A DNA stretch of 64,000 nt from an uncultured Solirubrobacteraceae bacterium (GCA_963759375.1 CAVWYY010000004.1:337844-401843); one strand, 5' to 3'; counted from the first letter of the stretch, positions 38,627-51,048 are shown. Program-made: numbers and translations. The notes: generated from the letters alone by a model not told the origin.

Positions 38627-39281
38627 CCACGTAGCGGAAGCCCGGCGTGAAGGCGCTGCTCACCGTGCCGGTCACGTTGCACGCAGAAAGCGTGAAGCGC
38701 CCCGGCTTGGGCGTCGGCGGCTCGAGCTTGACGTTGAACGTCAGCTTGTCCTGCGGCCACGTCGAGTCGGGCACCACGAGCACGAGGTCGCGCGAGATAT
38801 CGACCTTCGCCCGCTCCGCCGCCAGGTCGGCCGGCACGCCCGACCAGCACGAGTGGGCCGGGATCGCCGGGATCGGGTTGGCGAGCTGGAAGCGCCCGGA
38901 GAAGCGCCCGAGGTCGCGCGAGTCCAGCGAGCCGTCGGCCACGTTCGCGCCGGTCACGCCGCCGACCGCGATGTCGCCCGACCCCACCGAGCGGTCGGCG
39001 ATCGTGCCGCCGGTCACCGAGCCGGGGGCCAGCTTGCGCGCCGTGATGGCGCCGTTGACGACCTTGACCTCGCTGACCGTCCCGTCGCGGGGGACGCGGA
39101 GATCGCGCACCGTCTTGCGGCTCAGGTCGCGCGACTTGAGCGAGCGGTCCTTGACCGTGGTGCTGTTGACGCTGTTCTTGCGCAGCTTGCCATCGACGAA
39201 CTTGGCCGCCTGGGCGGGGCCGCCGAGGGCCACGAAGAGCGCGAGCAGCGCGATACTGGACGCAAAGGACGGACGCTTCAC
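38610..39281 (-). CDS. secreted repeat protein, hypothetical
   Basis: Signal peptide MKRPSFASSIALLALFVALGGPAQA. Degenerate repeats of the type VxxxxIxDxSLxSRDL. Confidence 0.6.
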   Translation of the reverse strand: MKRPSFASSIALLALFVALGGPAQAAKFVDGKLRKNSVNSTTVKDRSLKSRDLSRKTVRDLRVPRDGTVSEVKVVNGAITARKLAPGSVTGGTIADRSVGSGDIAVGGVTGANVADGSLDSRDLGRFSGRFQLANPIPAIPAHSCWSGVPADLAAERAKVDISRDLVLVVPDSTWPQDKLTFNVKLEPPTPKPGRFTLSACNVTGTVSSAFTPGFRYVVIDLP

Positions 39282-39322
39282 TGCGTCCAGGTTACGAAGT
39301 CAGCCGGATGACCGAAGGGGCC

Positions 39323-41041
39323 TCAACGGACGTACGAGGGCACGCCCTCGTCGCGGGCCACCAGCTCGGCGTACCTGCCAGCGGCCGCCACGAGCTCCTC
39401 GTGCGTCCCGCGCTCGGCCACGACGCCGCGGTCGAGCACCGCGATCTGATCCGCGTCGCGCACCGTCGAGAGCCGATGCGCGATCACGATCGTCGTCCGG
39501 CCCTCGGCGAGGCGCTCGAGCGCCTCGCCGACGGCGCGCTCGGTCTGGACGTCGAGCGCGCTGGTCGCCTCGTCGAGCACCAGCACCGGCGGGTTGCGCA
39601 GGATCGTCCGGGCGATCGCGATGCGCTGGCGCTCGCCGCCCGAGAAGCGGAAGCCGCGCTCGCCGACGACCGTGTCGTAGCCCTCGGGCAGCGCCGCGAT
39701 CGTGTCGTGGATCTGGGCGGCGCGGGCCGCCTCCTCGATCTCCTCGTCGCTGGCCTCGGGCCGCGCGAAGCGCAGGTTCTCGCGCACCGACGCGTGGAAC
39801 AGGTACGTCTCCTGCGACACGACGCCGATCGCGTCGGCCAGCGAGCCGAAGCGCAGCTCGCGCAGGTCCACGTCGTCGAGCCGCACGGTGCCGCGCTCGG
39901 GGTCGTAGAGCCGTGCCGCCAGATATCCGACGGTGGTCTTGCCCGAGCCGGTCTCGCCGACCAGGGCGAGCTTCCCGCCCGCCGGCACCGACAGGTCGAC
40001 GCCCTGCAGGGTCGGCTCCTCGTCGTAGCGGAACCAGACGTCGTCGAACCGCAGGTCGCCGCGCACGCCGTGGAGCTCGCGGTCGCCCTCGCGCAGGTCG
40101 ACCTCGAGGTCGAGGTACTCGAAGATGCGCTCGAACAGCGCCATCGACGTCTGGATGTCGACGCCGACGCCGAGCAGCTGCTGGATCGGCCAGAACAGCC
40201 GCGTCTGCAGCGTGGTGAACGCGACCAGGGTGCCGATCGTCACCGCCCCGGGGGTCAGCCCGGCGAACAGGTACACGAGCGCCGGCATCACCGCGAACGA
40301 CGTCTGGATCGACGCCATGACCCAGCGGCCGGCCATCCGCGAGCGGACCTCGAGGTCGGCCAGACGCGCGGACTCGCGCTCGAAGCGGTCGGCCAGCTCG
40401 CCGCCGCGGCCCATCGTCTTGCCGAGCAGGATCCCGGACACCGACAGGGACTCCTGCACCAGCGACGAGATGTCGGCCATCGCGCCCTGGCGGGTCGTGG
40501 CGATCTTGCGTCGCTCGTTGCCGACCCGGCGCGCCAGCAGCACGAAGATCGGCGTGAGCCCGAGCGAGAACAGCGCCAGCCGCCAGTCGAGCAGCGCCAT
40601 CGCGATGACGGTGGCGATCACTGTCGTGACCGACGAGACGATCGACGTCGCGGTGCTGGTGACGACGTTCTGCACGCCGCCGATGTCGTTGGCGATGCGC
40701 GACTGGATCTCGCCGGTGCGGGTGCGCGTGAAGAAGGCGAGCGAGAGTCGCTGCAGATGGCGGTAGACCTTCGCCCGCAGGTCGTGCATGACCTTCTGGC
40801 CGACCACGTTGGACAGCCACGTCTGCCCGACTCCGAGGACGCCGGTGGCGATCGAGACGGCGATCATCCCGGCCACCAGCTCGGCAAGCAGGACGTCGTC
40901 GTCCTCGCGGGATCGCGACGTCGAGCACGTCCCTCAGCAGGAATGGGGAGAGCATCCCCAGTCCTGCCGAGAGAGCGATGAGCGCGAGCACCGCCGCCAA
41001 CCGCCCGCGATATGGGCGGAAGAGGGCGGCGATGCGGCGCG

Positions 41042-41045
<4 letters not shown>
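39323..41045 (-). pseudogene. ABC transporter, fused permease/ATPase (MdlB/MsbA-type exporter), frameshifted near 40910-40916
   Basis: The first ~45 aa (MTRRIAALFRPYRGRLAAVLALIALSAGLGMLSPFLLRDVLDVAIP) are in frame of ORF 39300..41045. The rest (EDDDVLLAELVAGMIAVS...GETGSGKTT...LSGGERQR...LVLDEATS) is in frame of ORF 39323..40876. Confidence 0.75.
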
Positions 41046-43327
<2,282 letters not shown>

Positions 43328-43350
43328 CTAAAGCTTCACCTTTTGTAGGG

Positions 43351-43371
43351 ACTTACTCACGGTGAGTAAGT
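43351..43371. promoter_or_regulatory. 21-bp perfect palindrome overlapping the putative lon promoter (candidate repressor operator)
   Basis: ACTTACTCAC-G-GTGAGTAAGT lies 24 nt upstream of the lon ATG and overlaps a minus-strand TAAACT -10-like hexamer (43374-43369). Confidence 0.5.
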
Positions 43372-43429
43372 TTAGCGCGGCAGACGGGTCGCGTCCACGG
43401 CGATCTCAGTGGGGTTGACTGAGATTCTA

Positions 43430-43632
43430 GGCGAACGTCAACGACGGCTGGGTAGGGAGGCGGAGGGGTCGGCCGCTTCGGCGGTCCTTGGCGCGTAGGG
43501 GTCGGATAGCGACCCCAAAGCGCCAGGCGGCATCGTCTGGCGACTTGACCACATATGAGGTGCTCAACCCGCCAGGGACCGCCGACGACGTGGGCGCACC
43601 CGCTCCCTACCCAGCCGCAGTTGACGTTCGCC
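43430..43632. repeat. inverted-repeat-bounded intergenic element, copy 1 (MITE/REP-like long palindrome, 203 bp)
   Basis: Termini GGCGAACGTCAACGACGGCTGGGTAGGGAG and CTCCCTACCCAGCCGCAGTTGACGTTCGCC are reverse complements with 2 mismatches. The same termini occur at 58010-58282. Confidence 0.75.
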
Positions 43633-43636
43633 GGCA

Positions 43637-44824
43637 CTACGAGGCGACCAACGTCCTCCGCCGCGCGAGCACGACGATCGCGCCCCCGACGGCGACGCCA
43701 GCGGCCGCCAGCACGGCCGCGTCGTAGGAGGATTCGACCAGCGATCCGCCGAGCGCGTTCCCGAGCGCGGTGCCCGCCACGATCGCCATGATCGTGACCG
43801 CGAACGCCTCGGTGACGGTGCCCGGCGGCGCCACGGTGTCGAGCAGCGTCGAGCAGATGACCACCGTCGGGGCGAACATCACGCCGCCGAGCACGAGCAG
43901 CAGCCCGAGCGGCCCGTAGGCGGTCGGCAGCGCGAGCAGGCTGAACGCGACGCCGATACCGCCCAGCACGCCGGCGAGCCGGGGCGGCAGCGTCCCCGGC
44001 CAGCTCCGCGAGCCGTAGACGAGGCCGCCGACGAGGCTGCCGAGCGAGAGCGCGGCGAGCAGGACGCCGCCGATCGAGTCCGAGCCGCGGTCGAGCGCGA
44101 ACGCCGGCACCGCCACCTGGACGATGCCGACCGCGGTGCCGAAGGCCAGCAGCACCGCGAAGACGGTTCGCATGCCGGGCGCGACGAGCGGGCCGAGCCA
44201 CCCCACCTCGTGGCGCATCCCGCGCCACGCGCGCGACGCGCCCGTGAACGTGAACGCGATCGCCGACCCGGCGCCGAGCGTGGCGGCGGTGATGACCGCG
44301 GCGGCCGGCGACGCGACCGCCACGATCCCCGCGACGATCGCCGGCGCGGTGACCACCGCCACCTCGAACGCGATCGTCACCACCGCGTAGGCGGTCTCGC
44401 GTTGCGTGTCGTCCTCGGCCAGCGTCGTCCACAGCGAGCGCATCGCGGCGGGCAGCTGCGGCAGCGTGCCGCCGCCGCACAGCGCGAACAGGAACAGCAG
44501 GGCCGCCGGCGCGTGCTCGTGCGCGGCGACGACGAGCGCGACCAGCGCCGGGAAGTGCAGCGAGGCCGCCGTGCGCAGCACCGGCCCCTGCCCGAGGCGG
44601 TCCATCAGCCGGCCCTGCGCCACGGCCCCGCACGCGTTGGCGAGGCTGAACGCGCCGAGCACGCGGCCGGCCTCCGCGAACGACCCGGTCGAGTCGCGCA
44701 CCAGCAACAGGATCCCGAGGCCGAACATGCCGATCGGCATCGAGCCGGCGATCGAGAGGAGCATGGGCGCCCGGGCGCCCGGCAACGCGAGGAGCGCCCG
44801 GTAGCGGTGCACGCGGGGCGACAC
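43637..44824 (-). CDS. MFS transporter
   Basis: About 12 TM segments with high GC3. Typical loop motif GRLMDRLG. Confidence 0.8.
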   Translation of the reverse strand: MSPRVHRYRALLALPGARAPMLLSIAGSMPIGMFGLGILLLVRDSTGSFAEAGRVLGAFSLANACGAVAQGRLMDRLGQGPVLRTAASLHFPALVALVVAAHEHAPAALLFLFALCGGGTLPQLPAAMRSLWTTLAEDDTQRETAYAVVTIAFEVAVVTAPAIVAGIVAVASPAAAVITAATLGAGSAIAFTFTGASRAWRGMRHEVGWLGPLVAPGMRTVFAVLLAFGTAVGIVQVAVPAFALDRGSDSIGGVLLAALSLGSLVGGLVYGSRSWPGTLPPRLAGVLGGIGVAFSLLALPTAYGPLGLLLVLGGVMFAPTVVICSTLLDTVAPPGTVTEAFAVTIMAIVAGTALGNALGGSLVESSYDAAVLAAAGVAVGGAIVVLARRRTLVAS

Positions 44825-44984
44825 TACTCATTGACAGCGATGGGATGCTGTGGCGCATGGCCACACGCCACGCCGACCGACTTCAGCGCGCCGAGTGCGT
44901 GCTCGTCGGCGTACGCGTAGCCGGCTGAGCTCCCCGCAGCTCGGCATCCCTCCCCGTCCGTCCTCGCGACCGAAAGGCCGTCCC

Positions 44985-45062
44985 ATGCTCGTACTCACCA
45001 CCGTCTCCATCACCGCACGCCGACCTCGACGGAGGCACCGATGCGCGGCGCCGATGCCCTGA
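44985..45062 (+). CDS. putative ilvB leader peptide (uORF, 25 codons)
   Basis: MLVLTTVSITARRPRRRHRCAAPMP has a branched-chain/Thr-rich N-terminus followed by TARR, resembling the corynebacterial ilvB leader (as I recall it, MTIIRLVVVTARRLP). GAAAGG lies 8 nt upstream. The uORF reads through the ilvB SD and start. Confidence 0.4.
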   Translation: MLVLTTVSITARRPRRRHRCAAPMP

Positions 45063-46690
45063 TCTCCGCGCTCGAGCGCGCCGGGGTCGACACGATCTTC
45101 GGCATGCCGGGCGGCGCGAGCCTGCCGCTCTACGACGCGCTGCTGGACAGCCCGATCCGGCACGTGCTGATGCGCCACGAGGCCGCGGCCGGCCACGCGG
45201 CCGAGGGCTATGCGCGGGCCACGGGCCGGGTCGGCGTCGCGTTCGCCACCAGCGGGCCCGGGGCGACCAACCTCGTGACCCCGATCGCCGACGCCCACAT
45301 GGACTCGATCCCGACCGTGTTCGTCACCGGCCAGGTGCGGACCGCTCTGCGGGGCACGAACGCCTTCCAGGAGGCGGACGTCATCGGGATCACCGCGCCG
45401 ATCGTCAAGCACTCGATCGCCGTCGAGCGCGCCGACGACATCGCCCAGGCGGTGACCGACGCCGTGCACCTGGCCACGGCCGGACGGCCCGGGCCGGTGC
45501 TGATCGACCTCCCGAGCGACATCGCGGCCGCGCCCGCGCGCGACGCGGAGCCGCACGCGCCGCAGGTCCCCGGCTACCGGCCGCGGTCGCGCCCGAACGG
45601 ACGGCAGGTCCGGATCGCCGCGCGGGCGATCGCGGCCGCCCGGCGCCCGGTGCTGTACGCGGGCGGCGGCGTCGTGCACGCCGGCGCGGCGGCCGAGCTG
45701 ACCGCGCTGGCGCGGCTGGCCGACCTGCCGGTGACGACGACGCTGATGGCGCTCGGGACGTTCCCGGCGAGCGACCACCGCTGGCTCGGCATGCTCGGCA
45801 TGCACGGGACCTGCGCGGCCAACTGGGCGATCGACGAGGCGGACCTGATCGTCGCCGTCGGCGCCCGGTTCGACGACCGCGTGACCGGGGCGCTCGACGA
45901 GTTCGCCCCGCACGCCAAGATCGTGCACGTCGACATCGACCCGGCGGAGATCGGCAAGAACGTGGACGCCCACGTGCCGATCGTGGGCGACGCCCGGCTC
46001 GCCCTGGCCGCGATCGTCGAGGCCTACGAGCACGCCGATCCCGGCCGGCTCGCCGAGTGGTGGGCGCGCATCGACGGCTGGCGCGCCGACGACGCCCCGC
46101 GCAACGACGCCGAGGCGGCGCTCGACGAGCTGCAGGCGGCGATCGGCGACGCGGTCGTGACGACCGACGTCGGCCAGCACCAGATGTGGGCGGCCGGCCG
46201 CCTGCGGTTCGACCGGCCGCGGCGCTGGATCACGTCGGGCGGGCTCGGCACGATGGGCTTCGGGCTGCCCGCGGCGATCGGCGCGCAGATCGCGTGCCCG
46301 GACGCGACCGTCGTGTGCGTGACCGGCGAGGGCTCGCTGTTGCTCAACGTGCAGGAGCTGGCCACGGCGGCGCACGAGCGGCTGCCGGTCAAGATCGTCG
46401 TGCTCGACAACGCCTGCCTGGGCATGGTGCGCCAGCAGCAGGACATGTTCTGGGAGGGCCGCCGCAACGCGGTCGACCTCGGCGCGACGCCCGACTGGCC
46501 GGCCCTGGCCCGCTCGTTCGGCGTCGCCGGCCACGACGGCGACCTCGAGGCGGCACTCGCCGAGCCGGGGCCGGCGCTCGTCCGGATCGCCATCGACCCG
46601 CAGAGCGACTGCCTGCCGATGTTCCGGCCAGGCGGTGCTTCCAGGGACATGATTGGGTACCACTCGATGAAGTGGAGTGGCTCTCGATAA
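45041..46690 (+). CDS. ilvB: acetolactate synthase large subunit / ThDP-dependent enzyme
   Basis: N-terminal GADALISALERAGVDTIFGMPGGASLPLYDAL, GPGATNLVT, and ThDP motif GGLGTMGFGLPAAIGA...LDN. Confidence 0.85.
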   Translation: MRGADALISALERAGVDTIFGMPGGASLPLYDALLDSPIRHVLMRHEAAAGHAAEGYARATGRVGVAFATSGPGATNLVTPIADAHMDSIPTVFVTGQVRTALRGTNAFQEADVIGITAPIVKHSIAVERADDIAQAVTDAVHLATAGRPGPVLIDLPSDIAAAPARDAEPHAPQVPGYRPRSRPNGRQVRIAARAIAAARRPVLYAGGGVVHAGAAAELTALARLADLPVTTTLMALGTFPASDHRWLGMLGMHGTCAANWAIDEADLIVAVGARFDDRVTGALDEFAPHAKIVHVDIDPAEIGKNVDAHVPIVGDARLALAAIVEAYEHADPGRLAEWWARIDGWRADDAPRNDAEAALDELQAAIGDAVVTTDVGQHQMWAAGRLRFDRPRRWITSGGLGTMGFGLPAAIGAQIACPDATVVCVTGEGSLLLNVQELATAAHERLPVKIVVLDNACLGMVRQQQDMFWEGRRNAVDLGATPDWPALARSFGVAGHDGDLEAALAEPGPALVRIAIDPQSDCLPMFRPGGASRDMIGYHSMKWSGSR

Positions 46691-47082
46691 CCAGCGACGA
46701 CCCGGCGGCCACGTTGCGGTGGGTCCGCCGGGTCGAGCTTGCCTTCGTCCCGCTCGCGCTGCTGTTCGCGGCGCTGCTGCTGCTCAAGGACTCGCCGGTC
46801 TGGTGGCTGTGCTGCGCGAGCGCGGCGCTCGGGCTGCTGTGTGCGCTCACGATGGGGCCGGCGATCAAGCGGGCCGAGCAGCACACGTTCGACGCCGCGG
46901 CGTGGGCGCGCGAGGCCGAGCGGCTGACGGTGGCGATCTTCTTCTCGGTCGCTGCGGTCGCCGTCGTCGTGGTGTACGCGTTCGCCGGCCTGGCGCTCGC
47001 GCTGGTGCTCGCCGCCCTGTTCGCCCTGTCTAGCGCGGCGGCATTCGCAGTGCGCCGTCGAGCCGGATCACTTCGCCGTTGA
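46672..47082 (+). CDS. membrane protein, hypothetical (start uncertain)
   Basis: GTG at 46672 in frame of ORF 46057..47082. Four hydrophobic helices. The tail overlaps the convergent SDR gene by 53 nt. Confidence 0.45.
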   Translation: MEWLSITSDDPAATLRWVRRVELAFVPLALLFAALLLLKDSPVWWLCCASAALGLLCALTMGPAIKRAEQHTFDAAAWAREAERLTVAIFFSVAAVAVVVVYAFAGLALALVLAALFALSSAAAFAVRRRAGSLRR

Positions 47083-47779
47083 GCATCGGGTTCGCGACGA
47101 TGTGAGCGGCGAGGTCGCCGTACTCCTCGGGGCGCCCGAGGCGGTGCGGGTGCGGGACCTGCTCGCCGAGCGCGACGCGCGCCTCTTCCGGCAGACCGGC
47201 CAGCAGCGGCGTGTCGAACAGGCCCGGCGCGATCGTCACGACGCGGATGCCCGAGGACGCGAGGTCGCGCGCCGCCGGCAGCGTCATGCCGACGATCCCG
47301 CCCTTGGATGCGGAGTACGCGAGCTGGCCGATCTGGCCGTCGTAGGCGGCGATCGACGCGGTGTTGATGCACACGCCGCGCTCGCCCTCGCCGTCGGGCT
47401 CGTTGCCGAGCATCGCGGCCGACGCCAGCCGCAGCACGTTGAACGTGCCGATCAGGTTCACGTTGATGACGGTCTGGAACGGCTCGAAGCTGTGCGGCCC
47501 GCGGCGGCCGGCGGTCTTCTCCGCCCAGCCCACGCCGGCGCAGCACACGGAGATCCGCAGCTCGCCGGCGGCCTCGACGGCGGCCTGGACCTGTGCGGCG
47601 TCGGTCACGTCGCAGCGCGCGAAGCCCGCGCCCAGCTCGGCGGCCAGCGCCTCGCCCTTCTCGGCGTTCAGGTCGGCGATCGTCACGCGCGCCCCGGCGC
47701 CTGCGAGTCGCCGCGCCGTGGCCGCCCCGAGCCCGGAGGCACCGCCCGCGACGAGCGCGCCTGCTCCCTCGATTCGCAT
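47030..47779 (-). CDS. SDR-family 3-hydroxyacyl-CoA dehydrogenase (type II HADH-like)
   Basis: ATG at 47779. GGASGLG, catalytic YSASKGG, and C-terminal [19 protein letters not shown] typical of HSD17B10-like SDRs. Confidence 0.8.
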   Translation of the reverse strand: MRIEGAGALVAGGASGLGAATARRLAGAGARVTIADLNAEKGEALAAELGAGFARCDVTDAAQVQAAVEAAGELRISVCCAGVGWAEKTAGRRGPHSFEPFQTVINVNLIGTFNVLRLASAAMLGNEPDGEGERGVCINTASIAAYDGQIGQLAYSASKGGIVGMTLPAARDLASSGIRVVTIAPGLFDTPLLAGLPEEARVALGEQVPHPHRLGRPEEYGDLAAHIVANPMLNGEVIRLDGALRMPPR

Positions 47780-47790
47780 GGGCGCGGACC

Positions 47791-48522
47791 CTATACGGCG
47801 TACCGCAGGAAGAGCTCCGACCCGTGGCGGAGGACCGCCTCGAGCCGCAGGTCCACGCCCTCCGGGAGCCGGCCGCCCTCCACGATCGCCGGCTCGTCGG
47901 GGTCGCCGGTGAGCAGCGGCGCGACGGTGAGGAACAGCTCGTCGACCAGCCCCTCGCGCTGGAGCGCCCCGTGCAGCGTCGGGCCGGCCTCGCAGAGCAG
48001 CGAGAGGATGCCGCGCGAGCGCAGCTCGCCCAGCAGCCCGGCGAGCGTCGGCTGCTGCATGTGGACGACCTCGACGGGCGCGGGCACGCCGGGCGGCTCG
48101 CCCTCGGCGCCCGTGCAGATCAGCACCGGCTGCTCGGGCGCCTGGAACAGGCCGGCGTCCCACGGGATCTCGAAGCCGCGCGTGATCAGCACCGCGAGCG
48201 GGTCGTCCGCCATGCCCGCTGCGCGCCGCCGGGCGCGCCGCTCGGGGTTGCGGACGAGCCGCGCGTAGCCCTCGGCGCGCAGCGTGCCGGTGCCGATCAG
48301 CACCGCGTCGGCGAGCGTGCGCAGCTCGAGCAGCATCTCGAGGTCGGCTTCGTCCCCGAGCGCCGCCGAGCGGCCGTCCGCCGCCGCGCGGCCGTCGACC
48401 GTGGAGATCATCGCCACGTACACGAACGGGCGATCCTCGGGCGCGCGCTCGCGCGGGCGCACGTCGGCGAGCAGCTCGTGGATCGGCCGCTCGGGCCCGG
48501 GAGTCAGCGGGGAGGCCGGCAC
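47791..48522 (-). CDS. RibD C-terminal domain / dihydrofolate-reductase-like reductase
   Basis: ISTVDGRAA...[20 protein letters not shown]...[11 protein letters not shown]...[12 protein letters not shown] pattern. Confidence 0.7.
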   Translation of the reverse strand: MPASPLTPGPERPIHELLADVRPRERAPEDRPFVYVAMISTVDGRAAADGRSAALGDEADLEMLLELRTLADAVLIGTGTLRAEGYARLVRNPERRARRRAAGMADDPLAVLITRGFEIPWDAGLFQAPEQPVLICTGAEGEPPGVPAPVEVVHMQQPTLAGLLGELRSRGILSLLCEAGPTLHGALQREGLVDELFLTVAPLLTGDPDEPAIVEGGRLPEGVDLRLEAVLRHGSELFLRYAV

Positions 48523-48562
48523 CGCGCTTCAACCTACCCGAGCATTCGCCGATCACGTGGGC

Positions 48563-49546
48563 ATGCGCCGCCTCGCCGTCCTCACCGCTGCCGTCGCCCT
48601 GCTCGCCGCGCCGAGCGCCGCCGCCTCGCCGCTCCTCCCGCCCAAGAAGAAGGTCTACACGGGCGTCACCGGCTCCACCTCCGTCAAGAACTTCGCGCGG
48701 CAGGTCGGCAAGCATCCGTCGGTGTTCGGCTTCTTCCACAAGTGGGGCGGCCCGACGGGCTTCATCTACGACGCGGCCGAGCGCAGCGGCTCGCGGCTGA
48801 TGCTGCACATCTCCACACAGGACGGCTACGGGACCCGCGAGGTCATCACGCCGCGCGGCATCGCGAAGGGCGACGGCGACCGCTATCTGATCCGCACCAA
48901 CCGCGAGATCGCCGAGTGGGGCCGGCCGACCTACGTGCGCTTCCTGGCCGAGATGAACCAGACCAACAACGGCTACAGCGCGTTCGACCGCGACGGCAGC
49001 TCCCGTGGCCCTTCGCACTCGACCAAGGCGTTCATCGCCGCCTGGCGCCGGGCGACGCTGATCCTGCGCGGCGGGCCGGTCGCGGCGATCGATGCCGAGC
49101 TCGCGAAGCTGAAGCTGCCCGCGCTGCACACGGACGCGACCGATCTGCCCACCCCGCAGGTCGCGATGGCGTGGGTCCCGCAGACCGAGGGGACGCCGAA
49201 CATCCGCGCCAACCGCGCGCGGGCCTACTGGCCGGGCGCGAAGTACGTCGACTGGGTCGGCACCGACTTCTACTCGAAGTTCCCGAACTTCAAGGGCCTC
49301 GAGGCGTTCTACGCCGACTTCCCGAACAAGCCGTTCCTGTTCGGCGAGTGGGCCCTGTGGGGAAGCGACCGCCCGGGCTTCGTCCGCCAGTTCTTCGAGT
49401 TCGTCGAGACGCACCCGCGCGTGCGGATGCTGCTCTACAACCAGGGCAACCTGACCGGCGGCCCGTTCCGGCTGTCGCGCTACCCCAGCAGCACCGCCGA
49501 GATCAAGGCGGCGCTCAAGCGGAAGCGCTACCTCGGGACTCCCTGA
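48563..49546 (+). CDS. secreted glycoside-hydrolase-like protein (GH26-like fold, tentative)
   Basis: ATG at 48563 with a signal peptide. [19 protein letters not shown] and LFGEWALWG resemble GH26 blocks, but HEMNG is replaced by AEMNQ. Confidence 0.45.
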   Translation: MRRLAVLTAAVALLAAPSAAASPLLPPKKKVYTGVTGSTSVKNFARQVGKHPSVFGFFHKWGGPTGFIYDAAERSGSRLMLHISTQDGYGTREVITPRGIAKGDGDRYLIRTNREIAEWGRPTYVRFLAEMNQTNNGYSAFDRDGSSRGPSHSTKAFIAAWRRATLILRGGPVAAIDAELAKLKLPALHTDATDLPTPQVAMAWVPQTEGTPNIRANRARAYWPGAKYVDWVGTDFYSKFPNFKGLEAFYADFPNKPFLFGEWALWGSDRPGFVRQFFEFVETHPRVRMLLYNQGNLTGGPFRLSRYPSSTAEIKAALKRKRYLGTP

Positions 49547-50084
49547 CCAGGCAGCCCTCGATGTGGTCGTCGACGAGGCCGCACGCCTGCATCAGCGCGT
49601 AGGCGGTCGTCGGGCCGACGAAGCGGAAGCCGCGCCGCTTGAGCTCCTTCGCCATCGCCTTGGACTCCGGCGTGGAGGCCGGGATGTCGGCGGCCGTACG
49701 CGGACGCGGGCGCGGCTCCGGGGCGAACGACCACAGCAGCTCGCTCAGGTCCACGTCGAGCGCGGCGCGGGCGTTGGCGATCGTCGCGTCGATCTTCGCG
49801 CGGTTGCGGACGATGCCGGCGTCGGCGAGCAGGCGCTCGCGGTCGGCGTCGCCGAACGCCGCGATCCGCTCGATGTCGAATCCGGCGAACGCGGCGCGGA
49901 AGTTCTCGCGCTTGCGCAGGATCGTCAGCCACGACAGCCCGGACTGGAACGACTCGAGGCACAGCTTCTCGAACAGCCGGCGGCTGTCGTGCACGGGCCG
50001 GCCCCACTCCTCGTCGTGGTAGGCGATGTACTCGGGTGTGGAGGAGCCCCACCAACAGCGGCCGTCGACAAGCCCGTCGCTCAT
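49515..50084 (-). CDS. tag: DNA-3-methyladenine glycosylase I
   Basis: [45 protein letters not shown] signature. ATGA overlap with the upstream gene. Confidence 0.9.
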   Translation of the reverse strand: MSDGLVDGRCWWGSSTPEYIAYHDEEWGRPVHDSRRLFEKLCLESFQSGLSWLTILRKRENFRAAFAGFDIERIAAFGDADRERLLADAGIVRNRAKIDATIANARAALDVDLSELLWSFAPEPRPRPRTAADIPASTPESKAMAKELKRRGFRFVGPTTAYALMQACGLVDDHIEGCLVRESRGSASA

Positions 50085-51022
50085 GGCGCCAGGGCGTCGA
50101 TCAGCTCGCCCACGTGCTCGGGCGGGGCGATCGGCGTGAGCACCAGCGTCGTGATGCCGCGCGCCGCGTACTCGCCCAGCCGCGCCTTCATCGCCGGGCC
50201 GTCGCCGAACACGAAGATCTCGCGCACCAGCTCCTCGGGCACGGCGGCCAGCGCGGCCTTGCGGTCGCCGCCGCGCCACGCCGCGACCATCGGGTCGATC
50301 GCCTCGCCCCAGCCCAGGCCGCGGAAGAACGCCTCGTAGACGGGCACCGTCGCGTAGGCGGCGAACATGAAGCGCGCGGTGTCGATCCCGTCGCCGGGGA
50401 TGCAGAAGAACCGGCACACGACCTCGGTCGGCTCCCGGCCCGCGGCCTGCTCGCCCTCGCGCACGCGGGAAACCACGTGCTCGGCGGCCGACAGCGGCAG
50501 GAAGTTCGTGAACGAGCCGTCGGCGATCTCGCCGCCGAGCCGCAGCATCCGGTCGCGCAGCGCGGCCAGCACGATCGGCACCGGCGCGGCCGGCGGCGTC
50601 TCGAGCTTGAAGCCTCCCGGCCCGCGCCCGCCGGCCAGCACCTCGCGGAGCACCGGCACGGTCTCGCGCAGGCGCGTGAGCGGCTTCTCGAACGGCACCT
50701 GGTTCCAGCGCTCGACGATCACGTTCGAGGACGCGCCGAGCCCGAGCACGAAGCGGCCGCCGCTCGCGTCGGCGAGCGCCGCCGCGTGCTGGGCCAGCAC
50801 GGCCGGGCCGCGCGTGAACGGGTTCACCACGCCGGTGCCGAGCCGCAGCCGCGACGTCCAGGCGGCGGCCAGCGCGAGCGGCGTGAACCCGTCGGCGCCG
50901 TTGGTCTCGCCGGTCCACAGGTCGTCGTAGCCCGCGGCCTCCGCGCGGCGCACGAGCGGCTCGTGTTCGGCCAGCGGGACGCCGGCGAACGGAAGCGTCA
51001 GACCCCAGCGGATCTCGGCCAC
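50081..51022 (-). CDS. LLM-class (luciferase-like) F420-dependent oxidoreductase
   Basis: Family-typical GYDDLWTGE...RLRLGTGVVNPFTRGP...FVLGLGAS pattern. Confidence 0.75.
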   Translation of the reverse strand: MAEIRWGLTLPFAGVPLAEHEPLVRRAEAAGYDDLWTGETNGADGFTPLALAAAWTSRLRLGTGVVNPFTRGPAVLAQHAAALADASGGRFVLGLGASSNVIVERWNQVPFEKPLTRLRETVPVLREVLAGGRGPGGFKLETPPAAPVPIVLAALRDRMLRLGGEIADGSFTNFLPLSAAEHVVSRVREGEQAAGREPTEVVCRFFCIPGDGIDTARFMFAAYATVPVYEAFFRGLGWGEAIDPMVAAWRGGDRKAALAAVPEELVREIFVFGDGPAMKARLGEYAARGITTLVLTPIAPPEHVGELIDALAP

Positions 51023-51048
51023 GCGGGCACCCTATAGGCTCGCCGGAC

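Noticed and set aside
43351-43371. Calling the lon palindrome a HAIR (HspR) or CIRCE (HrcA) element
   Set aside because: The arm sequence CTTACTCAC and the 1-nt spacer differ from CTTGAGT-N7-ACTCAAG and TTAGCACTC-N9-GAGTGCTAA. It is kept only as an unassigned operator candidate.
43430-43632. Integron attC site or IS terminal repeats
   Set aside because: The ends (GTCAAC/GTTGAC) do not fit the GTTRRRY / RYYYAAC attC cores. There is no integrase or transposase nearby, no clear target-site duplication, and I cannot match the termini to a known IS family from memory.
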